Virus record (IMG/VR): IMGVR_UViG_3300042257_000233
Strand: one strand, 5' to 3'
Source: an uncultured virus (IMG/VR IMGVR_UViG_3300042257_000233)
Lineage: Duplodnaviria > Heunggongvirae > Uroviricota > Caudoviricetes
DNA length: 64,000 bases
The position numbers and the translations under genes are program-made. The first letter of the stretch is position 1. Every line of letters begins with the position of its first letter. This document shows positions 19,801 through 29,229 of this stretch, piece after piece. Below the pieces are notes generated by a model. That model saw only the letters and a list, made by a program, of their open reading frames with translations, was not told the DNA's origin and did not search any database.

Positions 19801-22800
19801 AACTTGATGACTTTGAATCTTTGTATGTGCTGGATGTGCAGAAAGCTACCCCAGCTGAGGTGGCAGAGAAAAAAGAGGAGTTTGAGGAGAGTACGCAGCC
19901 TACTGAGGAGCAGCTGGAACACGGGGTAATACCGGAGCTGGACAACCAGATGGCGCAGTTTGGCCGCAGGGCAAATGAAAAGGCAGAGCAGGGTGAGCTT
20001 TTTGGTGAAACCGAAACGCCAGAGAAAGGCAAACCCCGGCAACTACCTAAAGATGAGCTGAAGAAGCTGGAAGAAAAGAAGCTGGCCGCCATCCAGACGG
20101 GCGGCAAAACCGGGGATGAGATAAAGGCACTGCAAGCCAAAGCCAGAGATGAAGCCCGCCGGGAACTGGAAGAAAAGTATTATGGCCGGGAGATTGACTT
20201 TGGTGAAGGGGTAACCGATACCCAAAAAATTACAGAGAAGCCAGCACCGGGACTTGCACCTCAACAGCCAGATATTGAAAAGCAAGCAGGGGTGAACCAT
20301 GATAATGTTATTGTCCATGACATTGAAACGATAAACGAAATCTCAGACAGGTTAAGTGTATTAGAAAACATTATCGGGAGGGGTAAAAGTTGGACAGAAC
20401 TAACAACGCAACAGCGTAAGGCGTTAATAAAAGAACAAAAAGACCTTGAATATAAATTGAACGATATGAAATCCCCACAGGATAAAATAACGCAAGTTGA
20501 GCACGGAACGGCCTACATTGAATTAGATAAAGAAATTGGATGGGCAATGGGGGATTATGGTAAGGAGGACAAAATATTTGTTTTACGATTTACCGATAAA
20601 CCAGAAACAGATATTTTGCGTAAAACCAGTGTTCATAACATAGGAGATGTTGACTGGAATGATCTTCCTGACTTTATACAAGAGAACTATTCTGAAGAAG
20701 ATGTAATAAATACCGAAACCGGGGAGAGGGCAATTATTCAAAAGGGGCTTAATGGTTTTCCCCTTGAGGCAAAACGACTAAAAGATGCAATAGAGGAGGC
20801 GAACAATGTGATATTGAGTACATCTGGTGGCAATACGTTGCGAACTTACGCAAATAAAAAAGAGGGCAAAAAAGAATATAATTTGATGAACATGAAAAAT
20901 GCTTATATCTTTGAGGGGGTTAATTTGGAATTTGATGATGTTCCAGATGGAATAGTTTTTTATCCTCACAGAATAGCGTTTTCATCACTTGAATCACCTC
21001 GGATCAAAAAAGTAAGTGTTGTCACAAAGCAAATTAAAGATGAACACATCGATAATGCGCACGAAACCGTTGACACATCGACGCAGGAACCGCCAGCACC
21101 GGTAGTGTTCACCGAGGGGCAGCGCAAGGTATTGAAAGCCTATGGTGCACTGAGTGCGCCGGAGGCAGAGCAGCTGGAAGTGCTGAAGATAGATGGAGCC
21201 ATAAAGCTGCTGAACCAGCGGATGAACCAGGCTGAGGAGAACAGCGATATAGACCAGATGAGTGCCATAGCCAAGCAGTTACGCGCCGAGGAGCGCAAGA
21301 TGAAGCGCTTAAAAAAAAACTACGGGGATACAAACAAAGAACGCTATGCTATAGATGTGGACGAACTGATACAGGAGATGAACGAGATTCAGGATTTATT
21401 GATTGGTGAGAGCGACCCCGGAAAACTGGCAGAGCTGCGAGATCGGGCTACGATAGTAAAGGAGATGATAGACGAATATCAAGGGGTGGAGAAACCGAAG
21501 GTTCGTAAGCAGAGTACCCCGAGAACAAAAACCGGCGGATCTATGCTGAAAAAGATACAGCGAGACCAGAAGGGCAATGCTATCGGCATTCGCAGCATTG
21601 TAGAGTTTGTAGACAAAAATCTACCGGTACACACCTATTGGCGCAAAGAACAGACCAGCCGCAAATACCCGGCGCACTACAATAAACGCGGTGGTTTCAT
21701 CCGCAGTCGGGCGATAAACTCTCAGATTGTATTTCATGAGCAGGGGCATGCCATGTATCAACGCATCATAGAACATGACAACGGGTTTGCCAGGAAGTAC
21801 GGCAAAGCATTGAAGGATGTAGCCAGGATGGACATGAGCATGGCCAGTGCCAATAATGCACATGAGGGATTTGCAGAGTGGCTGCGAAGATATATTGTGG
21901 CGCCAGAGACAATACAGGGTTTGAGTATTACCCCTAAGATTGAAGCCTATCTAACCGAGCGTTACCCACAGGCAAAGAAGGTATTTGATGACGCAGGACT
22001 GATGATGGACGCTCATAAGTCACGAAGCAAAGCCGCGCAATTCAGGAGTGCAAGCTCCGATTTACCGCAGCAGAAAATATTTGAGCACATCCGCGAAAAA
22101 GCAGGTATGCTGGGAGTAACCATCGCCAGAGGCTACGGGGTGGAGCATTTTGATCGTAAGATTGTAAATGAGATCATCAAAGAAGCACGTACACGCGCAG
22201 AGGGGATACGGCAAGCCCGGAAATGGCGCAGAGAGACGCTGGACGCCGTAGATCCAAAGGCCAGTTATCAGCAGATAGTACGCATCCCGGCAGAAGTAAA
22301 CGATGTGTTTTATGGCACAGAGCATGGGCGCAACGGGGTAAAGGTGATCGGTGAAGACGGCAATTACCGGTATCTTTATGATAAATCATTCAGGGAAATT
22401 TTTGAAATGGTTGGCAATGATCGATGGGATGATTTTCAGGATTACGTATGGGCCAAGGTAAGCAAAGAGCGTTGGGATGTGAAGCGGGTACGGTATCCGG
22501 GGATATTGGATGGGATAAAGCCAAAAGACCTGGGAGAAATCGCAGCCAGTTACGAAGAGGACAGTCCAGACTTTCCCGTGCTTCTGAATGAGATGAACCG
22601 GTATTTTGATGCATTGCTTGATGTTGCGCAGCTGAGCGGAGAATTCAGCGAAGATGCAGTGCAGGCTATGAAGGACACCTATGACGTGTATGCCCCTATG
22701 CTGCGGGAGACTCCTGATGGGATACGCACAATAACCGGAAGCCGCACTACTCCCAGCAGTGGAATAAAGGGTGTGAGAGGGGGGAGCTTAAACCCGTACA

Positions 22801-24893
22801 AGAACCTGCTGGAGTCGGCAGAAAAGCGAACCAGAGATGTATTGGGTGGGTATTACTGGAATAAACTGATTGGTGATCTGTACAAAGTAGGGCGAGAGAC
22901 AAGCAGCGATGAAACGTTACCCTATGATGTACGCAAGATGGCCGGAGAAATGATCACGGAGCTGCATCTTGACACGACAGTACCGGTACATCTTACTGAG
23001 GCAGAACAGCGACAGATCATTGCAGATTATTTAAATGAGAAGGAGGCAGAACAAGTGCCAGATGGCATGATGACGCTGGATAAGCTGGAAGCCGATGACA
23101 TAGACTTTGCGCCTGGGCACATGCCGATATTCAGAAAGAAAGCACCCAATGCAGTATATGTGGTAGCTCCGACCATCCCAAATAAAGGCAGAGTGTATTT
23201 GCAGATTAATGACCCAGTGCTTTTTTCGGTATTTGCCGAAAGCAAAGAACCGGCAAAAGTGTTTAAGCTGATGGACAAACTGTTTGGCCCGGTAGTGGCG
23301 GCATGGAAGCCAGGGATTACAGGAACAATACCATTTGCCTTGATTAATGGGCTGGCGCGGGACATAGCCAATGCTTCGTTTATGGGTACGGGATTGAAAG
23401 GAGCCATCCCTTACTATTATTTTCTCAAGGGAGCAGCAGGGCGAATTACCGGAAAAAGCAAGGACATACGTAAATCCAGTGAGCTGCTGGTAAAATCATT
23501 GGAATCTGCAGGAAGTGATGCGCAGAAGATGCGCCGGGATAAATTTATGGAAGAGCTGCGTAAGGGAATTGTGTTGCCGGAGTGGAAACGACTGGACTTC
23601 ACTGATAAAATGTTATCGATACCGGGAATTGCCATGCATGCAGCATTGAAGCCGTTACATCTCTTTTTGTATGGGACTGGGCAGATACAGTTAAGCGAAT
23701 TTTTGGAGTCACTACCTCGTGAAGGTGCAGCCATGCAAGAGAAAGAGAAAGGTGGGAGTGACCAACGGGTGAGCATGGCGTATGATACGATTACCGGTAA
23801 CTTTGCAGAGCACAGTGGCAGCGCTGATGTGCGCGCGATAATGCATACACTCGGGTTTGTTCAAGCAGGCCTTAACATTAGCTATCGCCAGTTTTTAAAA
23901 CTGACCGATCCGTTAGATTGGAAAAAAAATCTGATGCGTTTAGCTTGGAGCGGAGTAGGGATAACGGCAATAACCTGGGCTCTGAAAGAGTTGCTGAGTA
24001 CTGAACAGGATAATGAACGAGAGAACGAACGGCCAGAGGAAGATAGATTTGCCTACATGGACATCAAGGGATTGCGAATACCCTTTGACTATGGAATGAT
24101 CGGAGGATTACAGACATTTACATGGAACGTGCTGGACAGCACCGTAGGAGGTAAGTCGTTAGCACGGCGCAAGCTGTTTGCCAAGGCGATAGCAAAACGA
24201 GTGCTCGATGCGCCAGGGCCTACTGCGTTGATGGCGCCACAGGTGAAGGCATGGATTGAGATGAAAGCGAACTACAGCTTTTATTTTGATAAAGAGATTG
24301 AGCCATGGTGGATGCAAAACCTTCCGGAGGAAGAGCGGAGATATGCTGCAACACCTGAGATTTACAGCAAGGTCGGGAAATTGGCAAAGATGAGCCCGTT
24401 GAAACTCAAGTACTTGGTAGATCAGGGTTTCAATAGACAGTACAGTTATGCCTTTGGTCTGGCACAACGTGCCAAACGGGGAACACTTGATGCAGAATAC
24501 TTGCTGCGCGAGCCTGCCGACATCCCGTTTATTGGGCGGTTGTTTATACGTGAGCCCCTTGGCTGGGGTAGTGAATCGGTAAAAGTAGTGTCAGAGGCTG
24601 CGAATGATGCGGCTAAAGCAGAAGAGCAGATGCAGCAGGAGCTTGCATCTCTGGTGCAGCAATATGGTGAAGGCTGGAAAGATACTGAAGCCGGGCGAGC
24701 CGTTACGCTGCAATACATTACACTGAAAAAGATGAAAGAAGCGCAGCAAACAATAGATGCTATTTACAAAAAGATAAAAGAAGAAGAAAAGAAAGAGAAA
24801 CCAGACTGGGGCAAAGTGTATGCTTCAAGACAAGCAATGACCCGGACTGCACAAGAAGCATTAATGGCAACGAAATTACTGGAGGAAAAATGA
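16866..24893 (+). CDS. giant ejection/polyvalent protein with zincin-like metallopeptidase and LPD38-like C-terminus
   Basis: 2675 aa; HEQGH (21735-21749) plus HEGFAE; C-terminal LRIPFDYG...P.IE..ANYSFY. Confidence 0.8.
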   Translation: MMIENKKVTWQDVINDQDFIDAPIAVKQEVASRYYHNVVAQDENFVAADDAVRKEVTNRFNDALQIEFDKENQRFLDWHNNLFSYYKNDNFQNMNTEQQVNAAIENLSSYKSRFLDYLPKEHRAELSSLIREEKDKFLQIKNDYDNETAEIKDILETGDDAKFKNNDKDAAFNSAQQIYQKTNDINLALETYHNQRALTKRLIGEQYQELQNKAEKRGILNPLYTAAGNLAMMGVGLAGFTDSFLNQGKPNSKLKETIKNMNKVQQFSVTTKAHDKDGFKGNILKGRVGAAADFVVRKSVESSPISMIALASGMIGLPEVGLALIGTLSTGGQYAQLTDDTFNGMPEQKKIFNSALNGMSEVITEQFGTMKNVAKWGKLAKRIGRQQAQDQLSKEMKRSFLKSIGERTAEGFKEEFLEEGFNGIAGNAIAYATGETDEFNLTDGVIDDAFIGGFSSLGLTGTAGVAQIALAKAQYKAQLKDIERAAEIEKLIGAEYIKSVIPAVNKFKKKINGRYAPDYYGEENLNTLNKQIENIEASIESGDADGVKLKISVLNHWLQSGQIQPIIFNENNTMGKDAAFGSEEVTEETPAPGQFTPEQEMANTATILTNKADAITELLNSGDLANAGIELDSIAKAIEERPDSFNRLFATEEGKELAILLDELDKQYTEAQENLTTFERRAVDAKKKQVEEAQAEEEQTEEATETEVIEQAEIQAEEPVEQEEITEQAESTPKPTVKSKSRKPKAEAKKQKTYVRTSKGVFEVERETDKSWILTNGTIARKSAKGNSISTEMAYKRSLARRKAPRKRKVTDEVNLRTSNITPERTPFLDHFKSTGMQTSDVDLKNYRIGIKPLFSKDGVELDRVMETLSDDHPLWAMTQGDTEAYKQGLLGEIDKLYNLGDGSWDEADMEQQEALANQRQAEEEAAQLLKKAEKIPAMDLNLNDKVKWVDPETGLVHEGVVVDEMPWSKVIQNNVTMELDDFESLYVLDVQKATPAEVAEKKEEFEESTQPTEEQLEHGVIPELDNQMAQFGRRANEKAEQGELFGETETPEKGKPRQLPKDELKKLEEKKLAAIQTGGKTGDEIKALQAKARDEARRELEEKYYGREIDFGEGVTDTQKITEKPAPGLAPQQPDIEKQAGVNHDNVIVHDIETINEISDRLSVLENIIGRGKSWTELTTQQRKALIKEQKDLEYKLNDMKSPQDKITQVEHGTAYIELDKEIGWAMGDYGKEDKIFVLRFTDKPETDILRKTSVHNIGDVDWNDLPDFIQENYSEEDVINTETGERAIIQKGLNGFPLEAKRLKDAIEEANNVILSTSGGNTLRTYANKKEGKKEYNLMNMKNAYIFEGVNLEFDDVPDGIVFYPHRIAFSSLESPRIKKVSVVTKQIKDEHIDNAHETVDTSTQEPPAPVVFTEGQRKVLKAYGALSAPEAEQLEVLKIDGAIKLLNQRMNQAEENSDIDQMSAIAKQLRAEERKMKRLKKNYGDTNKERYAIDVDELIQEMNEIQDLLIGESDPGKLAELRDRATIVKEMIDEYQGVEKPKVRKQSTPRTKTGGSMLKKIQRDQKGNAIGIRSIVEFVDKNLPVHTYWRKEQTSRKYPAHYNKRGGFIRSRAINSQIVFHEQGHAMYQRIIEHDNGFARKYGKALKDVARMDMSMASANNAHEGFAEWLRRYIVAPETIQGLSITPKIEAYLTERYPQAKKVFDDAGLMMDAHKSRSKAAQFRSASSDLPQQKIFEHIREKAGMLGVTIARGYGVEHFDRKIVNEIIKEARTRAEGIRQARKWRRETLDAVDPKASYQQIVRIPAEVNDVFYGTEHGRNGVKVIGEDGNYRYLYDKSFREIFEMVGNDRWDDFQDYVWAKVSKERWDVKRVRYPGILDGIKPKDLGEIAASYEEDSPDFPVLLNEMNRYFDALLDVAQLSGEFSEDAVQAMKDTYDVYAPMLRETPDGIRTITGSRTTPSSGIKGVRGGSLNPYKNLLESAEKRTRDVLGGYYWNKLIGDLYKVGRETSSDETLPYDVRKMAGEMITELHLDTTVPVHLTEAEQRQIIADYLNEKEAEQVPDGMMTLDKLEADDIDFAPGHMPIFRKKAPNAVYVVAPTIPNKGRVYLQINDPVLFSVFAESKEPAKVFKLMDKLFGPVVAAWKPGITGTIPFALINGLARDIANASFMGTGLKGAIPYYYFLKGAAGRITGKSKDIRKSSELLVKSLESAGSDAQKMRRDKFMEELRKGIVLPEWKRLDFTDKMLSIPGIAMHAALKPLHLFLYGTGQIQLSEFLESLPREGAAMQEKEKGGSDQRVSMAYDTITGNFAEHSGSADVRAIMHTLGFVQAGLNISYRQFLKLTDPLDWKKNLMRLAWSGVGITAITWALKELLSTEQDNERENERPEEDRFAYMDIKGLRIPFDYGMIGGLQTFTWNVLDSTVGGKSLARRKLFAKAIAKRVLDAPGPTALMAPQVKAWIEMKANYSFYFDKEIEPWWMQNLPEEERRYAATPEIYSKVGKLAKMSPLKLKYLVDQGFNRQYSYAFGLAQRAKRGTLDAEYLLREPADIPFIGRLFIREPLGWGSESVKVVSEAANDAAKAEEQMQQELASLVQQYGEGWKDTEAGRAVTLQYITLKKMKEAQQTIDAIYKKIKEEEKKEKPDWGKVYASRQAMTRTAQEALMATKLLEEK
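19081..19431 (+). repeat. direct repeat copy 1 (copy 2 at 63650-64000)
   Basis: 19092-19431 vs 63661-64000: 9 mismatches in 340 nt by manual count; offset 44,569 bp. Confidence 0.97.
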
Positions 24894-25345
24894 AGGTGAT
24901 AGACATTACTTCTCGATTTATGGACAACGCCATAGCGGAGAAAGAGCACCGCAATGCCGTTTGGCATTGGACGGGTGGAGGAACAGCCCAGGGAGCAATC
25001 GACTGGCTGGACAAACGGCTGGAAGGGAAAGGCAGTGTAGGGTACAACTACATTATCGGACGAGATGGAAACGTGTATATGCTGGCAGATCCACGAACGC
25101 ATTACATGCACAACACGGGGTCACACTCTACCATCCCGTCAAAGGGTACGGTTTCGATTTCCTTTGCCTGCCGCAATGCAGAGCATGGCATTACCGAAGC
25201 GCAGATTGCAGCGGCACGAGATCTGGTGAAGCAGCTTAATGACTGGTTTGTGCTCAAGCACTACCATCATGCGCAGGTAAACAGCACAAAAATAGACTTT
25301 CCCAGCGATATGTGGGAAAGTCTGAAGAAACAGATCGGTATTTAG
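24890..25345 (+). CDS. N-acetylmuramoyl-L-alanine amidase (Amidase_2-type endolysin)
   Basis: VWHWTGG, VGYNYIIGRDG, EAQ, HYHH Zn-amidase motifs. Confidence 0.85.
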   Translation: MKVIDITSRFMDNAIAEKEHRNAVWHWTGGGTAQGAIDWLDKRLEGKGSVGYNYIIGRDGNVYMLADPRTHYMHNTGSHSTIPSKGTVSISFACRNAEHGITEAQIAAARDLVKQLNDWFVLKHYHHAQVNSTKIDFPSDMWESLKKQIGI

Positions 25346-26080
25346 TTACCAGATGCGTTGCAGGAAGGCCTCTGTAGTGGAGGCCTTTTTTGCGTATGCG
25401 GCGCGGTAGCGAGATTGCAGCTCGGTGATATTGGTGAACCATGTAATGTAGGCGGCGGCATATTTTTCTTCATTGTGGGAAAGAAGTGATATGCACTGCT
25501 GCAAAATTTCGATCTGGGCGGCGAGAATGGAACGAGGCGGCGCTTTTTTGATAATGCTGAGGTATTTTACCAGATGCGTCTTTTGATCGCGCAGAGAGAG
25601 CATTTGGAGTTTTGAGTAACTTTTGAATTGGTAGGCGGCAAAGTCTTTTGCCCGGCGCTGCAAGATGCGGCGAGAAAGTTCCCCAGATGGGAACACCCAT
25701 ACGGCAGCGATGAGGGGCAGTGTGATGAGTGATGTGAGCTTGGAGATTTCGAGGATAAGTTTGCTGTTGGAATCTACCAGTTGGCTGATCATGGATGGCC
25801 AGCATAAATCTTGTTTGGTTTCATCATTATTTTTTTTTATTCCCTCTGATTTAACGGCTACATTTTCATCCTTTATATATCCTTCTCCGGCGGTAAGCCA
25901 GGCTACGCTTACTCCATATTCCTTATGGAGTATTTCAATATCACTAATTGAAGGTGTGCTTTGACCACGCTTCCAATCTGTTACGATATTATAGGACTTA
26001 CCCAGCTTTTGAGAAAGCTCATGTTGAGTAATTCCATATTTTTTCCTAAACGTCTCGATTCGCTCCACAAGGGCATCCAC
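25346..26080 (-). CDS. CI-like XRE HTH repressor
   Basis: ITQHELSQKLG...VTDWKRGQSTPS...VSVAWLTAGEG; divergent from a cro-like gene; no S24 peptidase motif seen. Confidence 0.85.
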   Translation of the reverse strand: MDALVERIETFRKKYGITQHELSQKLGKSYNIVTDWKRGQSTPSISDIEILHKEYGVSVAWLTAGEGYIKDENVAVKSEGIKKNNDETKQDLCWPSMISQLVDSNSKLILEISKLTSLITLPLIAAVWVFPSGELSRRILQRRAKDFAAYQFKSYSKLQMLSLRDQKTHLVKYLSIIKKAPPRSILAAQIEILQQCISLLSHNEEKYAAAYITWFTNITELQSRYRAAYAKKASTTEAFLQRIW

Positions 26081-26099
26081 ATTGATCTCCTATTAAAAA

Positions 26100-26151
26100 T
26101 GGAATATATCCACAATTTTCCACTTGACATGGAATAATTCCACATCATCTT
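26100..26151 (+). promoter_or_regulatory. two operators and rightward promoter of the genetic switch
   Basis: TGGAATATATCCA (26100-26112), TGGAATAATTCCA (26130-26142), TTGACA at 26124-26129, CATCTT at 26146. Confidence 0.7.
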
Positions 26152-26195
26152 TGACCACGAATGATCATTACAAAAGATCATTCAAAGGGGCTAAA

Positions 26196-26486
26196 ATGCA
26201 AGAAAAAATTTTCGCAGGTATGCGTGCAAAGGACTTCGAGGAGGTTTTATGCCTTCATTTGCACCGGCACTACCGAGAGGCAGCAGAGCCTGGTGGCTGT
26301 CGTGGGCTGAAGGCATTTTGTGAGAAATATGGCATATCGTATAACAGTGCCCGCAAGGTGCAGCGTGGCAGCACGGAGTACCCCGGGGTAAAGGCAGATA
26401 TCATCGAAGCAATGGGCAGGGACGGGGTAGACGTGTCCTGCATCCAGGGAATAGAGCAAACCACGGAAGAGAAGAGGTTGGCGTGA
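26196..26486 (+). CDS. Cro-like HTH protein
   Basis: LKAFCEKYGISYNSARKVQRG; first rightward gene; ATG 26196 preferred. Confidence 0.65.
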   Translation: MQEKIFAGMRAKDFEEVLCLHLHRHYREAAEPGGCRGLKAFCEKYGISYNSARKVQRGSTEYPGVKADIIEAMGRDGVDVSCIQGIEQTTEEKRLA

Positions 26487-26812
26487 TGAATTTATTTTTA
26501 CGTACACAAGAAGCCATGCTGGTACTGGCAGGCAAGCGGGTAATATCTCCTCAACCCGCGAAGGGACAGGCGCCGCAGTTTAATGATATTAATGAGACTG
26601 TGGCGCTTTGCCATACAAAGCAAGAGGATTTGGTGCATGTGCAGGCGCAATGCCCGCTGTGTGGAGAGATGATGACGTCGTATATTACCAAGGCTGAGGC
26701 GGCAGGGATGGATGCGCGGTTCAGCTGTATTGGCTGTGGGGAGCGCTGGCAGGGGATGATGGAGCTGGAGCGGATCACTCGGCAGCGCAAGCATTTTTTA
26801 CGGAGGAGATGA
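26483..26812 (+). CDS. Zn-ribbon hypothetical protein
   Basis: CPLCG...CIGCG. Confidence 0.6.
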   Translation: MMNLFLRTQEAMLVLAGKRVISPQPAKGQAPQFNDINETVALCHTKQEDLVHVQAQCPLCGEMMTSYITKAEAAGMDARFSCIGCGERWQGMMELERITRQRKHFLRRR

Positions 26813-26938
26813 TGAACATGTTTGCAATGGGATTTATTGTAGGTGCTTGGTAGTGCTGCTGGTGATCGTGGCCGGAGTGATAACCGGTGCGCACATGAGC
26901 CGGGAAGAAGCAGAGATGTATGAAGAAGGGGAAAAGCA

Positions 26939-27226
26939 ATGCCAGTAAGAACAGAGCCCCTGCACAAAAACACGTATGTATGCCGCAACTGCGGGTATAT
27001 TACGGTAGTTGGCCCATCGATAGAAGGCAAAGGCTTACCTGCCAAAACCCGCTGCCTGCTGTGTAATGCGGTAGCCTTTAAAGAGCGTGAGCTTACGGCA
27101 TTGCACATGGAGAAGCAGGTGCGAGCCATGAACGCAGAGATGCTGAAACGGCGGTATGAGAACCTGCAGCACGACATTGCCCGCACGGTAGAGCTGGCAA
27201 AGGCAAACGGGGCAGAAGTAGCATGA
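26939..27226 (+). CDS. Zn-ribbon hypothetical protein
   Basis: YVCRNCG...CLLC. Confidence 0.6.
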   Translation: MPVRTEPLHKNTYVCRNCGYITVVGPSIEGKGLPAKTRCLLCNAVAFKERELTALHMEKQVRAMNAEMLKRRYENLQHDIARTVELAKANGAEVA

Positions 27227-27657
27227 AACATGATGAATGTATTTTTAACCGGATAGGGCATATTCAGCCAACTTATATTACGCTGCCGGGATGCAAGCAG
27301 CACGGAGCTGATATAGGAGCTGCACCGCTGCGAGGGTTTAACCAGGGGAGAGTACATATTTTTTTCAAAACCACACCTAATGGTGGACTGCACATCATGG
27401 GCGTGGGGCAGGCGATGCAGGAGCGTAAGCATGAGCTGCGTAAGTATGGGCATTATTACAGGCGCACGTTAGCCGGGCTGGAGCAAGGCCCGGTGCAATA
27501 CACCGAGGCGTTCTTTGCTGAGTTTATTCAGGAAGGCATGCGACCGGTGCCCAGTTACAGCGACAGCACGCTGGTGTATGAAGGCCATGGTGCCACAACC
27601 ATCCTTTTGCCCTATGATGCGCAGGACAATCCTGTGCAGAAGGTAATGGGGCAATAA
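27223..27657 (+). CDS. hypothetical protein
   Basis: Coupled ORF (ATGA overlap). Confidence 0.55.
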   Translation: MKHDECIFNRIGHIQPTYITLPGCKQHGADIGAAPLRGFNQGRVHIFFKTTPNGGLHIMGVGQAMQERKHELRKYGHYYRRTLAGLEQGPVQYTEAFFAEFIQEGMRPVPSYSDSTLVYEGHGATTILLPYDAQDNPVQKVMGQ

Positions 27658-27912
27658 CATGAATTTAAACCGCGGTGACGAAGCCAAGATGGCTCGGCTG
27701 GGTAAATCTATTTCATGCCCGGCGCTGGCAACGACTCTATCAAATAGTTGCATCCTTGTAAAAGGTGACGAAACGCAATCTACGGGGTGTTCCGCGACCC
27801 CACTTTTTCAATGTGAGATGTGAAAGGTGAAATGAGGGGGAGGAGATGAGTACTGATTTAATGAGATTACACCGAGTTGACTTAGGCGAGGAGAAATGCC
27901 AGGGATGCGGCA

Positions 27913-28236
27913 ATGAAGCAGCAGTTTGATTTTATTTTGATTCGTGATTTCATCGGGCGGATAAGCTATGATGAGGAAAGAAATCTCTACAAGGTGGATG
28001 ATGTAACAATTACGCCACCCAAAAGAATCCCAGAAGAAACGAGTGCCTACGAATATCCTTTCGAGATGCCGTCTGCATCACGAAAGGGATGGGCAATTGA
28101 GATGCAAGGGAACTGGCTGAAGGAAAGAGAAATCGAACCGATTACTCCTCATCCGCACGCTGAGAAACCAAGTGAGCAAAAATCGGTACTTCAACGAAGA
28201 CCGAAATCTGTACGAAAGCTATCTGGAGCTGGATAG
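27913..28236 (+). CDS. hypothetical protein
   Basis: ORF on the operon strand. Confidence 0.4.
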   Translation: MKQQFDFILIRDFIGRISYDEERNLYKVDDVTITPPKRIPEETSAYEYPFEMPSASRKGWAIEMQGNWLKEREIEPITPHPHAEKPSEQKSVLQRRPKSVRKLSGAG

Positions 28237-28410
28237 CTATTACATCCGACTGAAGCGGTTCCCAGACCAGAAAGAATGGTTTACCGAGACGGTTGATCTG
28301 CACCCAGACCTACGGAGCAAAGTAGGAGCGAGGGGATTGTGATGATGATGAATGGGTCGCATATGCTGCGTTCCATCGAAGATATGCTTGTTATATGATA
28401 CGGAGGAATC

Positions 28411-29229
28411 TTGAAACCATATTACGAAACAGATAACGGAAAGCTATTTTGCTGTGATAATGTAAAATATCTGAATACAGTAAGGGATAACACTTTCGAT
28501 TTGACAGTTACATCACCACCATACGATAAAATGAGAGACTATAAAGGATATACTTGGAATTATAAAAAATTAGCAAAAGAACTATACCGCATTACAAAGG
28601 ATGGCGGTGTGGTTGTTTGGGTAGTTGGAGACCAGACAATTAACGGAAGTGAAACTGGAACATCGTTTAAGCAAGCATTGTATTTCAAGGAAATAGGCTT
28701 CAATCTTCACGACACCATGATATATGAAAAAGCAGGCACTGGAGCCTGCGGTTCTAACAAGTGTTACTGGCAAGCTTTTGAATATATGTTTGTATTCGTG
28801 AAAGGCAAAATAAAAACCTATAACCTTATTGAAGATGTGGTCAACCTATCCGCAGGGAAAGTAAAAACAAATTCAGCTAGACGCAAGCCGACCGGCGAGC
28901 ACAAACAAGAGGAACGAAAAAAAGGCAAACCTTTTTCAAGGCGGACCAACATATGGAGATATCCGGTAGGAGTCGATACAAGGCGAGAAAAAGCGTTGAA
29001 AGAGCATCCTGCCATATTCCCCGAACAATTAGCAAAAGATCATATTATTTCTTGGAGCAATGAAGGTGATACAGTGTTTGACCCGTTTATGGGAAGCGGA
29101 ACTACTGCAAAGATGTGTGAGAAATCAAATCGAAAGTGGGTTGGCTGTGAAATATCAGAAGAATACTGCAAAATAGCGAAACAAAGAGTGAAAAATGAAA
29201 GAGAACAGCTTAAACCTAGTTTCATATAA
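28411..29229 (+). CDS. orphan N4-C/N6-A DNA methyltransferase (beta class)
   Basis: TSPPY catalytic motif before HPAIFP and FDPFMGSGTT SAM-binding motif. Confidence 0.93.
   Translation: MKPYYETDNGKLFCCDNVKYLNTVRDNTFDLTVTSPPYDKMRDYKGYTWNYKKLAKELYRITKDGGVVVWVVGDQTINGSETGTSFKQALYFKEIGFNLHDTMIYEKAGTGACGSNKCYWQAFEYMFVFVKGKIKTYNLIEDVVNLSAGKVKTNSARRKPTGEHKQEERKKGKPFSRRTNIWRYPVGVDTRREKALKEHPAIFPEQLAKDHIISWSNEGDTVFDPFMGSGTTAKMCEKSNRKWVGCEISEEYCKIAKQRVKNEREQLKPSFI

Noticed and set aside
27660..27850. Possible riboswitch or ribozyme (GGTGACGAA twice, small hairpins)
   Set aside because: No recognisable conserved core; at most a terminator-like GGGGT/ACCCC hairpin
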